Below are positions 10,559-20,000 of a stretch of DNA of 64,000 bases, piece after piece. The notes below the pieces were generated by a model that searched no databases, was not told the origin of the DNA, and saw only the letters and a list, made by a program, of their open reading frames with translations. The position numbers and the translations under genes were made by a program. Position 1 is the first letter of the stretch. Each line of letters opens with the position of its first letter. Source of the stretch: Thermoplasmatota archaeon (GTDB taxonomy: Archaea; Thermoplasmatota; JAKEGO01); assembly GCA_028279595.1 (NCBI GenBank), contig JANQNK010000019.1, positions 33,965 through 97,964 of the forward strand, given 5' to 3'.

Positions 10559-10727
10559 GTGGGCCCGCTGAGACCCGGGCGCTTAAGACCTCATTGATCT
10601 AGAATTCTAACGCACGGGTAAGGCGGGGCTACGATTGTCAGAGTGCAAGAATTAGAGTGGGCTTGCCGAGACCGGACGCTTAAGACCTCATTGATCTCCC
10701 GTTATAACGTCCGGGCTAGATGGCCCG
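10559..10727. repeat. Two type-A hairpin units derived from the tRNA-Pro 3' end (10559-10632, 10657-10727)
   Basis: Both start GTGGGCYYGCYGAGA like the tRNA-Pro 3' end and share CGCTTAAGACCTCATTGATCT; flanking stems differ but remain paired. Confidence 0.75.
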
Positions 10728-10736
10728 TAGGGTCAT

Positions 10737-11003
10737 CGAGATTCGACCTAGATGAAGCTCCGCTTCATCAGGGTTTGTGAATGGTCGACATATCGAATAC
10801 AGCATTCACAAACACTCTGTTGAAGAGCGACTTCTTATCAAGGCGGGCCCGTCGCTAATTAATTAATTAGGAGTGGGCCCGCCGAGATTCGACCTGGATG
10901 AAGCGGAGCTTCATCAGGGTTCGTGAATGATCGAGAATTCAATTACTTCATTCACAAACACTCTGTTGGAGAGCGAGTTCTTATCAACGCGGGCCCATCG
11001 CTA
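10737..11003. repeat. Two ~120-130 nt type-B structured units adjacent to the tRNA-Pro 3' end (10737-10857, 10873-11003)
   Basis: Direct repeats: CGAGATTCGACCT-GATGAAGCnnnGCTTCATC-GTTYGTGAATG...CATTCACAAAC-ACTCT..AGAG-TTCTTATC-GCGGGCCC. Confidence 0.85.
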
Positions 11004-11019
11004 ACTCATTGATTCTGAG

Positions 11020-11134
11020 TGGGCCCGCGGAGATTCGAACTCCGGTATCCAGCTGTCCGTTTCATCGGAGGGAAGCGGCTCCCCTCTCTACGAACCCCGA
11101 GCTGGGAGGATGGACCAAGCTACCCTACGGGCCC
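11020..11134 (-). tRNA. tRNA-Pro with ~40-nt intron (anticodon GGG or CGG, ambiguous)
   Basis: GGGCCCG/CGGGCCC-A acceptor, CCAGC/GCTGG anticodon stem, CGGAG-TTCGAAT-CTCCG T arm; TATA box at about 11159-11167. Confidence 0.85.
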
Positions 11135-11347
11135 TTGTAATCAGTGGATACCTTTTCGATATATAAACTCGATGTCATGGTCCCATCCTCCAGCTCCCAC
11201 AAGCGCGATATTGTGTTTTGATGTGGCGGAGAAATTGCGACGATTGGTGGAACGAATATCAAGTGACGAGATCGGTCGACTGCCTGATGAATTTATGTCT
11301 AGAGGTCGGCCACGCGTCGACGGAGTACCGGTCGAATGGTTTGGAAA

Positions 11348-12454
11348 TCAGATCAGGAGTTCCCCATCCTTGATCACGGTCTCCCTGTCGCCATCCTCGT
11401 AGAGGAGGACGACCGTGGGCTCCTTGACAAGGCCGTCAAGATGTGTCAGCGCCTTGGCGTCCTCGTCGTAGTTGGAGCCGAGGGCGAAGTGGCAGGTCCG
11501 GAACACCTTCTCGTCCTCGAGCATGTTCCCGACGATCTCGGCTGCAGGGTTGAGACCGATGCCGAACTCTCCGATGCTGTACGTGTTCTTCGAATACGAC
11601 TCGGCGTCGGATGCCGAGATCTTGCCATCTTCCACGAACTGGAAAGGGAGCTTGGATGAGCGTTTCAGCGCAGCGTCCAGCAGCGTGGCTTCGAAGCCGC
11701 CGGCGATGTCGTAGGCGTAGCCATCCTTGACGTGTACGACGATGGGCTCCTCGGGAATGACCTCGCCTTCGGGTAGGGACATGACTCCGTCGAAGGCTAT
11801 CACGCCCTCCGACGTCCCGAGCTCTGGTGAAACGAACGTCTCACCTGCCGGAAGGTTCCCTCCAGTGCCGGGATCCCTGAAGTCACCATCGTCGGACTTG
11901 CCCTTCCTTCCGTTCAGTCCCACGGACAGGTCGGTGCCTCCCGGCGCGGTGATGTGGGCGGACACTCCTTTGTCTATCCGGCCCTTCAGTGTGGAGCTCC
12001 TTCGACGAAGCTCGTCGTAATCGATGGGGACGGTCTTGACGAACATCTCCGTCGTTACGCCTGGTGACCAGAACGACCTGGATATCTTCTCTCCGAGAAG
12101 GTAGGTGAAGATGTGGTCATATGTCTTCTCACCGGTCATGTACGGGGTCTTGAGTGCCTCCCTGTCCTTGCCGATCTTCTCGTGACTGATCGAGAGGATG
12201 ATGTCTGGCTCGGTCTTGAGAGCGGCGATCACGGCCGGCTCCGCGAAATCCAGCTGACCCTTCACCTTCTGGTAGACGAGGATCGGGGCACCGTCCAGGT
12301 CCATGCTCGCATCGAAGAGAGCCTCGGAAATGGCCTTTACGTTCTCCCTGGGATTGGTGACGATGAGTACAGATTCATCCTCCTTGAGCCCCATGACCTC
12401 GGACATGGCCACGTCTGCGGCCTTCCTTAGTTCGCCGTCAGCGCCGAACATCAT
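11348..12454 (-). CDS. Aminopeptidase, M29 (aminopeptidase T/leucyl) family
   Basis: [38 protein letters not shown]. Confidence 0.88.
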   Translation of the reverse strand: MMFGADGELRKAADVAMSEVMGLKEDESVLIVTNPRENVKAISEALFDASMDLDGAPILVYQKVKGQLDFAEPAVIAALKTEPDIILSISHEKIGKDREALKTPYMTGEKTYDHIFTYLLGEKISRSFWSPGVTTEMFVKTVPIDYDELRRRSSTLKGRIDKGVSAHITAPGGTDLSVGLNGRKGKSDDGDFRDPGTGGNLPAGETFVSPELGTSEGVIAFDGVMSLPEGEVIPEEPIVVHVKDGYAYDIAGGFEATLLDAALKRSSKLPFQFVEDGKISASDAESYSKNTYSIGEFGIGLNPAAEIVGNMLEDEKVFRTCHFALGSNYDEDAKALTHLDGLVKEPTVVLLYEDGDRETVIKDGELLI

Positions 12455-12461
12455 ATCACAC

Positions 12462-14531
12462 TCACACGAAGAACGGCAGGAACACGAGCGCGACAATGCT
12501 CATCAGTTTGATCAGGATGTTCAGGCTCGGCCCGGCAGTGTCCTTGAGGGGGTCGCCGACCGTGTCACCGACAACGGCGGCCTTGTGGGCATCGGAGCCC
12601 TTTCCACCCAGGTTCCCGGCCTCGACGTACTTCTTGGCGTTGTCCCAGGCGCCCCCCGCGTTGGACATGAATATTGCAAGGAGCAGGCCCGATACGAGGG
12701 ATCCTGCCAGGAATCCTCCGAGCGCCTCGAGGCTCCAGTAACCGATGGCAAGCGGCATGACGATGACGATTATCGTTGGCAGGACCATCTCGCGGAGCGA
12801 GGACTTCGTCGCGATGGCGACGCAGCGCTCGGTGTCCGGCTTCGCCTTGCCCTCCATCAGGCCCGGGATCTCCCGGAACTGGCGCCTGACCTCGTCCACG
12901 ATGGACATGGCGGCCTTTCCGACGGAGTTCATGGCCATGGCGGAGAAGATGAACGGCATCAGTGCGCCGAGGAACAGACCGACGGTCACGTTCGCCTCGG
13001 CGAGGTCGATGTGATCTATCCCGGATACGGACTGGAAGGTGGAATACAGGGCGAGGGCCGCGAGAGCAGCCGAGCCGATCGCGAAACCCTTGCCTATCGC
13101 GGCGGTTGTGTTGCCGACCGCGTCGAGCTCCTCGGTCCGCTGGCGAGCGACCTTTCCGCGTCCTGCCATCTCCGCGATCCCTTGTGCATTGTCCGCCACT
13201 GGCCCGTAGGTGTCGATGGCCAGTGTGACCCCAAGAGTAGAGAGCATGCCCATGGCCGCGAGAGCGATGCCGTAGAGGCCAGCGACCTCGAAGGAGATCA
13301 GGATGGCGATGCAGATCACGACCACCGGAATGGCCGTGCTGAGCAGTCCCACGGCAAAACCGGAGATGATGACTGTACCGGCCCCTGTCGTGGCCGACTT
13401 GGCGATATGCTTCGTCGGCGATCTCTCCTCCGATGTGAAGTAATCGGTGGAGAATCCGATGGCCATTCCGGCCAGGAGACCGGCCATGAGAGCGATGTAG
13501 AGCTCGCTGACGAACTCGCCTATGTACATGGTGATCACTGGGATGGAGAGGAGCCCCATCATGATGGCGCCGACGACGGTCCCGCTGAGAAGGGCGGTCC
13601 TCGGGCTCTTACCGCCCTTTAGACCGTAGACTGCGAGTATTCCGACGATCGATGATAGGATCCCGACCGATGTCAAGAGCAGGGGAAGGATCATCGCCTG
13701 GTCGCCGGTGATGGAGACGTCCCCCATGAGCCTGACAAGCATGTCGTCGTCCTCGGGAGTGAAGGGCTGTCTGGCCTTGACCACGGCCATTGCAGCGCCT
13801 AGCGCCATGGCGGCGATGATGGCATCGACGTAGGATTCGAAGAGGTCGGCTCCCATACCGGCCACGTCGCCCACGTTGTCGCCGACGTTGTCAGCGATGC
13901 CAGCCGGGTTCCGGGGATCGTCCTCGGGTATGCCGGCCTCGATCTTGCCGACGAGGTCGGCGCCGACATCGGCTGCTTTCGTGTAGATGCCTCCACCGAG
14001 GCGGGCGAAAAGGGCGATGGAACTCGCTCCGAAGCCGAAGGCATAGAGCGCCTCGATATGGGATTCGCCTACCAGAAGGAACATCGTCGCGACGCCCAGC
14101 AGACCGAGACCCGATACGGTCAGGCCCATTATGGCCCCGCTCGAGAAGGCGGTCTGAAGGCCGTGCATCAGGGACCTCTCGGCGGCGTATGTGGTCTTCC
14201 CATTCGCCATGGTCGCCACGCGCATGCCGATGTTCCCGGCGAGGGCCGAGAGGAGCGCGCCCATGCCGAAGGCGATCCACGAATACTGTTCGATCTTCCC
14301 GTAGTGCGTCTCGCCGATCATCAGGATCATCATTATGACGACCACGAAGATTATCAGCACCTCGTATTCCTTGTTCAGAAACGTCACTGCGCCCTTCTGG
14401 ATCTCCTTGCTGATCTCCTGGATCTTCTTGGGTCCGGAAGACCTGCCGGCCAGCCAGATGGCTATGGTAACAGCACCTATTATGGCCAGAAGTCCAGTCA
14501 TTATGGCGAGGTAGATCAGGTTCACGTCCAT
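12462..14531 (-). CDS. hppA: Membrane-bound ion-translocating pyrophosphatase (K+-dependent type)
   Basis: [51 protein letters not shown]. Confidence 0.95.
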   Translation of the reverse strand: MDVNLIYLAIMTGLLAIIGAVTIAIWLAGRSSGPKKIQEISKEIQKGAVTFLNKEYEVLIIFVVVIMMILMIGETHYGKIEQYSWIAFGMGALLSALAGNIGMRVATMANGKTTYAAERSLMHGLQTAFSSGAIMGLTVSGLGLLGVATMFLLVGESHIEALYAFGFGASSIALFARLGGGIYTKAADVGADLVGKIEAGIPEDDPRNPAGIADNVGDNVGDVAGMGADLFESYVDAIIAAMALGAAMAVVKARQPFTPEDDDMLVRLMGDVSITGDQAMILPLLLTSVGILSSIVGILAVYGLKGGKSPRTALLSGTVVGAIMMGLLSIPVITMYIGEFVSELYIALMAGLLAGMAIGFSTDYFTSEERSPTKHIAKSATTGAGTVIISGFAVGLLSTAIPVVVICIAILISFEVAGLYGIALAAMGMLSTLGVTLAIDTYGPVADNAQGIAEMAGRGKVARQRTEELDAVGNTTAAIGKGFAIGSAALAALALYSTFQSVSGIDHIDLAEANVTVGLFLGALMPFIFSAMAMNSVGKAAMSIVDEVRRQFREIPGLMEGKAKPDTERCVAIATKSSLREMVLPTIIVIVMPLAIGYWSLEALGGFLAGSLVSGLLLAIFMSNAGGAWDNAKKYVEAGNLGGKGSDAHKAAVVGDTVGDPLKDTAGPSLNILIKLMSIVALVFLPFFV

Positions 14532-14546
14532 TTTGTCACCTCAAAG

Positions 14547-14637
14547 TGCCGGGGGCGGGGTTCGAACCCGCGACCTTCGGATGCCTCAGGCGGAATCCCT
14601 ATGAGTCCGACGCTCCGCCAGGCTGAGCCACCCCGGC
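14547..14637 (-). tRNA. tRNA-Met(CAT), elongator type, 17-nt intron at 37/38 (14583-14599)
   Basis: Cloverleaf; TCGGA-CT-CAT-A^intron^A-TCCGA; BHB with CTCA/TGAG central helix. Confidence 0.92.
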
Positions 14638-14719
14638 ACGCCCGATACATCGACGTTCAACATATAAGATTAGCGGTTGAACATGATTTTTTATACTAGC
14701 CTGGACGTCCTGTGGACAG

Positions 14720-15802
14720 ATGCCCGAGCTCCGCTGGAAGAACATGAAGATCGCCCACGGAAAGCCCCCGATGGGATGCGTCCAATGCGAGAAGGGAGCG
14801 AAGATGGTACTGCTCGCGACCGGCCTCTGCGACGTCGGTTGTTGGTACTGTCCCTTGTCGGCGAGGAAGCTCGGGAACGACGTCGCTTTCGCCAACGAAC
14901 TCCAGGTCGAACCCGAAGACAAGGACTCCATCATCAGGGAGGCAAGGATGGTCGACGCTCTGGGGACCGGCATCACAGGAGGAGACCCTGCTGTGGTGCT
15001 CGACAGGACCGTCGATTACATCTCGACCCTGAAGTCAGGGTTCGGGGACTCCCATCACGTTCATCTATACACGGGAACTCCGCTCGGTCCGGCTCAGCTC
15101 GACAAGCTGAGCGAAGCGGGATTGGACGAGGTCAGGTTCCATCCCAAACCCGCAGGCTGGAAGGACCTGCCCGAACCTCACAGAAGGGCTGCATCCGATG
15201 CGATGGACCGGGGTATCGTCACCGGCTTCGAGATACCGGCCATTCCCGGGACTAAGAAGGACATCCTTGCGTTGGTGGACACTCTCGAGGCCATGGAGGT
15301 AGCGTTCATCAACCTCAATGAACTGGAGTACTCGGAGACGAACTGGGACGCCATGCAGGAGAGGGAGCACACTTGGCGGACCGACACCTCGAACGCCATC
15401 AGGGGCAGCGAGAAGGTCGCGGTCCAGGTCGTCACCTTCGCACACGACGCAGACCTCAACATGACCGTCCATTTCTGCAGTTCCGCCTACAAGGACGGCG
15501 TTCAGCTCAGGAACCGGCTCAGAAGGAGGGCGAAGAACGTCGCCTGCGCAAGGGACGTTATCACAACCGACGGCACGATCATGAAGGGGATCGTCGAGAC
15601 CAACGACCCCGAGAAGGTCATGAAGAACATCGTGGAACTGTTCGAGGTGCCGAAGGAAATGGTCGGAGTGAACGAGGGAAGGGTCGAGATCGCGCCCTGG
15701 ATACTCGAGGAGATAGCCTCCAGGATCGAGGAGAAGGCGTTCATCATCGAGGTCTACCCGACCGAGGACAGGCTCGAGGTCGAAAGGGCCCCATTGAACT
15801 GA
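14720..15802 (+). CDS. Archaeal radical SAM protein (COG2108-like)
   Basis: GCVQCEKGAK, TGLCDVGCWYCPLS, ITGGDP, HLYT, DEVRFH, FINLNELE. Confidence 0.85.
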   Translation: MPELRWKNMKIAHGKPPMGCVQCEKGAKMVLLATGLCDVGCWYCPLSARKLGNDVAFANELQVEPEDKDSIIREARMVDALGTGITGGDPAVVLDRTVDYISTLKSGFGDSHHVHLYTGTPLGPAQLDKLSEAGLDEVRFHPKPAGWKDLPEPHRRAASDAMDRGIVTGFEIPAIPGTKKDILALVDTLEAMEVAFINLNELEYSETNWDAMQEREHTWRTDTSNAIRGSEKVAVQVVTFAHDADLNMTVHFCSSAYKDGVQLRNRLRRRAKNVACARDVITTDGTIMKGIVETNDPEKVMKNIVELFEVPKEMVGVNEGRVEIAPWILEEIASRIEEKAFIIEVYPTEDRLEVERAPLN

Positions 15803-15873
15803 ATCAATCAATACTGGGGGGCTAGTTCGTCATCTCAAAGCAAAGGTGGCCTCTAACGTGCTTATTTTCACGT

Positions 15874-16926
15874 TTAAAGCAGGTCCCAGCGGCCTTTCAG
15901 GTTCTCGGCGACCTCGTCGAGCATCTTTTCGTTCTCTTCGTGGACCAGTTCACCGGGGAACCTCGGATGTCCCTCGTAGGCGCCTTCATCGAAGGGCACC
16001 GTCAGGTCGATTCCGGTAGCACCCGACCATATCTGAAGCCATCCCGGGACGGCATGGTCCCCGTACCCCGAGATCGGCAGGTCGACCAGGGGGGCATCGA
16101 CCCCCTTTGCCATCTCCCGAATGGCTCCGCCCATCCATCGGAACCCCGTCATGGACATGCCGAGCGCGGTCAGCTGGTCCCTGTAATGGGGGTCAGCACC
16201 GCCGTTCCTGATCATCATGTCCGGATCGAACTGCTCGACGATGGGCCGAACGGCCCGTTCGAAGGCCATCTCATAGTCCTGGTCCCTCGAGAAGGGGAAC
16301 ATCGGTATGTTCACCGTGAATCCTGTACCATCGCCGTCGCCGGTCTCGTGGGCGAAGCCCCTTCCGGGATACAGCGTCCTTGGATGCTGGTGCAGGGAGA
16401 GGAAGAGCACGTCCATCGAACGGTAGAAGATGTCCATGGTACCGTTGCCCTGGTGGGCGTCTGTGTCGATGATCATGACCTTCCTGGCCCCAGATCCGAG
16501 AGCGTGGTCCGCAGCGACTGCAACGTCGTTGTAGATGCAGAAGCCCTCCCCGTAATCGACGCCGGCGTGATGGAATCCGCCCGTGCACAGAACGACGTCC
16601 TCACCGCCCAATGCGAGGTCGACCGCCTTCACCGCGCCACCGACGACTGCCTTGGCCGCATCGGGCGTCCCCGGTGCCACCCACGTGTCCATCGACAGGT
16701 GGCCCGACCTCTTCTCGAGACGCAGGACCTTCTCGATGTAGTCAGGGGAATGGACGGCAAGCAGCAGATCGTCAGAGGCCGGTTCCGAGGCCACGACGTC
16801 GATCGATCCATCGTCGATATGAGGCTGCAGGTACTCCCTGAGGTCGCTCACGTTCGCCGCCCTGAACGGGTGCTTCCCGAAATCGTAATTGGCCATTCCT
16901 GGATTGTAGACGAAGGGGACCGGCAT
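15874..16926 (-). CDS. Histone deacetylase/AcuC family protein
   Basis: VHSPDYI, GGFHHA, GFCIYND, DTDAHQGNG, SLHQ, YPG.G, GADPH, SGY. Confidence 0.92.
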   Translation of the reverse strand: MPVPFVYNPGMANYDFGKHPFRAANVSDLREYLQPHIDDGSIDVVASEPASDDLLLAVHSPDYIEKVLRLEKRSGHLSMDTWVAPGTPDAAKAVVGGAVKAVDLALGGEDVVLCTGGFHHAGVDYGEGFCIYNDVAVAADHALGSGARKVMIIDTDAHQGNGTMDIFYRSMDVLFLSLHQHPRTLYPGRGFAHETGDGDGTGFTVNIPMFPFSRDQDYEMAFERAVRPIVEQFDPDMMIRNGGADPHYRDQLTALGMSMTGFRWMGGAIREMAKGVDAPLVDLPISGYGDHAVPGWLQIWSGATGIDLTVPFDEGAYEGHPRFPGELVHEENEKMLDEVAENLKGRWDLL

Positions 16927-17003
16927 ATCCGGATATCGTCATCCACGAATTAATACCTTCGATTCCGTGGTCAACGCTCACGCTTGACCGGAGAATGAAA
17001 TTG

Positions 17004-17040
17004 AAAAAAAAGGGGGGTCGGCGGGGGGTTCCCCGCCGTT
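17004..17040 (-). terminator. GC hairpin plus oligo-T terminator of the giant surface protein gene
   Basis: CGGCGGGG/CCCCGCCG stem followed by a T8 run on the minus strand. Confidence 0.65.
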
Positions 17041-17056
17041 CTTTCCGTGTTCGCAC

Positions 17057-20000
17057 CTACTGCTTCAGGCGCAGGGTCGCGGCACACTTCTCGCACTTGA
17101 TCTCCAGCGGGCGCTTCGGATCCTTCACGTCGATTATGTTGCCGCACTTCGGACACTTCACCTTCACCGGCTTGGCTCCTGCTGGCGGGGCTGCTGCAGC
17201 TCCGGCCGCCGCTCCTGCTGCTGCCGCGGGGGCCGCTCCGGGTGCCGGAGGCGCTCCGGGCTTCGGAGGTTCGCCGGGCTTCCCGGGAGCCGCTGGCGGG
17301 GCGCCAGGTGTTCCGGGTGCCGGGGGCGCGCCGGGCTTCGCCGCGTCCTTCGCGGGCTCCTTGGCGGCCTCCTTCGGTTGGTCCTTCTTACGCCTGCCGC
17401 CGAAGAGCAGCATGCCGATCAGTATACCGAGTATCAGACCGCCCGCGAGCGATCCGCCGACGTACATCATCAGGTCTCCCGATGCGAGCTCGTCCGTCTT
17501 CTCGTCGAAGGTGTAGTCCTTCTTCACGTTGATCTCGATCGGCTGGGCGCCGGTGGTCTGGATCCGGATGCTCTGCTTGCCGTCCCCGACATTGTCCCAA
17601 TCGAAGGTCAGGTCCTCGAACCTGTCCGCACCGAGCTCCTCGATCGTGAAGGTGTCCTTGACGGTGCTGCCGATGAGGAACTTGACCTCCAGGTCCGCTA
17701 TCGGACCGGAGCCGTTGTTCCACACACGGACCTCGACGACCACATCGTCACCCTTCTCGACCGAACTCGGGCTCGTGTCGAGCTTGATGTCGTGCTTCGA
17801 GATGCGGATGTCGGCCGCGAGGACCGTGACCACGAAGGTCTCGGTCTGGGAAGTTCCGCCCTCGGAGGAGGACACGCGGATCTGGAAGGAGAGTGTACCC
17901 TCCCTCGCATCCTCGTCGGCCGTCAGCTCCATCTCGACGACCTCCTCACCATCAGGATCGATCTGGAACGTTGCCGGATCTCCCTTGTTCGCGAAGTCGA
18001 CGTCCAGGTCAGCGGACATTCCCAGCGTCTGCAGCTTGAAGGTGTCCTCGAAGTTACCCTCGTTGTGGATGGTTATCGGCACCTCGACGAGGTCCTGCTT
18101 GTCGAGTCCGGTCGGATCTATCTCGGCGGTGGTGATGTCGATGGTCAACTCGAACCCTGCCACCTTCTCCACCTCGAGGGTCACGTTCTGCCAGACCCTC
18201 GCCTGGGTGTCGCCCGGACCGCCGCCCTTTGACTCTATGGCGATCATGTAGGAGTACTTGCCCTCCTCCGCGTCGACAGGTATCGTACCGACGTCGAACT
18301 CGAGGAACACCGTGCCGGGCGTTCCCGTCTCCATGTCCTCGATGGTCAGCGAGGTCCCGGTTCCGGAGATATCCTCGTACTTGAGGCTCACCCAGCTCGT
18401 GTCACCGGGTATCAGGTTCGAGTCCTCGAGGTCGGGTGTCTCGAACACGCGGATCTCGATGTTGTCCGGGTCGTCGCCGGTGTTCTCCACGTCGAACTGT
18501 AGTGTCACGTTGTGGTCGTCCTGCTCGGGGCTCACCTTTGCGGAGGATGTCGAGAACGCCACCGAGATGGAGTACGACTTCTCCTCGACCTCGGTTCTGT
18601 AGTCGATGTCGATCCTCTCGTTGGAGTCGATGCTGGACGTTATCTGGATCTTCTCCGCGAACTCGTCGATCTCCTTGTCCTGGATGTCGTCCTTGTCCCC
18701 GGTGATGATGTAGTCGACGAGCTCCTCGCCTCCCACCTTGATGGGCACGTTGATCGACTTGCCCTTCTTCTCGACGCCCTGGGAGTCGATCCACAAGAGG
18801 TTTCCGTACTTCAGGTTCTCATCATCGGTCAGCCTTACCTTGGCGATGTCCACCTTGTTCCCGTAGTTCGATATCTTGAACGTGTAGGTGGTGTTACCAC
18901 CAGGTTCCACGGTCGTGTCGTCATCGAGGCGCTCCTCCTCGAGGTCCGCCTTGGTGTCGATGCCGACGGTCACTGTGAACATTTCCTCCTGGGTGTCGTC
19001 CTCTTGAGACTCGACGGTCACCTCGATGTCATAGTCGCCTGCCGGTACACGCCAGAGCTCGTTCTTCGTGTCGTCGATGTCCATCAGGATGTTGACGGTC
19101 AGCTTGGCCTGGTCGTCGATCATTCCGCTGACATCGAAGCTGTGGCTGATATCGAGGAAGCTGTTGTTGGTGTTGTAGCTCACGGAGTACTTGTCCTCGG
19201 AGATACCGGTGTTCCTCACGGTGATGTCGAAGTCTACGTCCTCATCCTCCTTGGGATCGGTGATCGTCTGCTTGAGCTGCGCCGGAAGGTCCAGCTCGAA
19301 CCTGTAGACGTCGATGACCGTGGCGGTTATCTTGTCGTCAGCGTCTCCGAACGGGAACGTCGAGCCGTCCTCAGCGACGAGAGAGAACTCGAAGGTGATC
19401 TCGTTGTCGTCGTCGGCGTCGAACTCGTCGAGGACCTCGTCGATGTCAGGGGTTATCTGCAGCTTCACGGTGACCTCGGTGTCATGGTTTATGTTGATGT
19501 CCTGGAGGCTGGAACCGGATTCCGCACCTCTCGCGAACACATACCAGTCGTTCGTCGGGGTCACCTTCGATGCGGAGATGTCGAACGTGTCGTCGCCGTT
19601 GCCCTTGTTGATCACGTTGATCTCGAACTCGGTCATCTCCTCGACCTTCACATCCTTCTCGTTCTGGTCGATGTTCAGGTCCAGGTTGTAGAACTGCTCG
19701 ACCGTGAAGTCGAAGTTGATGGTCTCGACGACGGTGGTGTTCCCGTTCGACAGGACGTCGACGATGAGCCTTGGCGTACCGGCCTCGATGTCCTTTGGCT
19801 GGCCCGTCCTGCTCATCGTGATCGTCACGTCGACCTGACCCGTCCTGTTGGATATCTTCGCTCCGGAGTATCCGGTGGTGGCGAACGATACCTTGCCCGG
19901 GAACGGGTTGGAGACCACGTCGACGGTGTATGCATCGTCCCTCGTTCCAGTGTTCTTTATTCGGAAGTTGAAATCGATCTCGTCCGTGCCCTCGTCGGGG

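Noticed and set aside
10890-10920. Hammerhead ribozyme (CTGATGA on the minus strand)
   Set aside because: CTGATGA is part of a palindromic stem, with no following stem II-GAAA or cleavage-site helix
10559-11003. CRISPR array
   Set aside because: Units are 70-130 nt, tRNA-derived and few; there is no constant short repeat/spacer period and no cas genes
11019-11402. 127-aa ORF over tRNA-Pro, and short ORFs over tRNA-Met and tRNA-Leu
   Set aside because: They overlap tRNA genes and have no protein features
14698-14704. Inverted tRNA-Met D-loop match (AGCCTGG) upstream of its promoter
   Set aside because: Only 7 nt, expected by chance; tRNA-Met also has no downstream array
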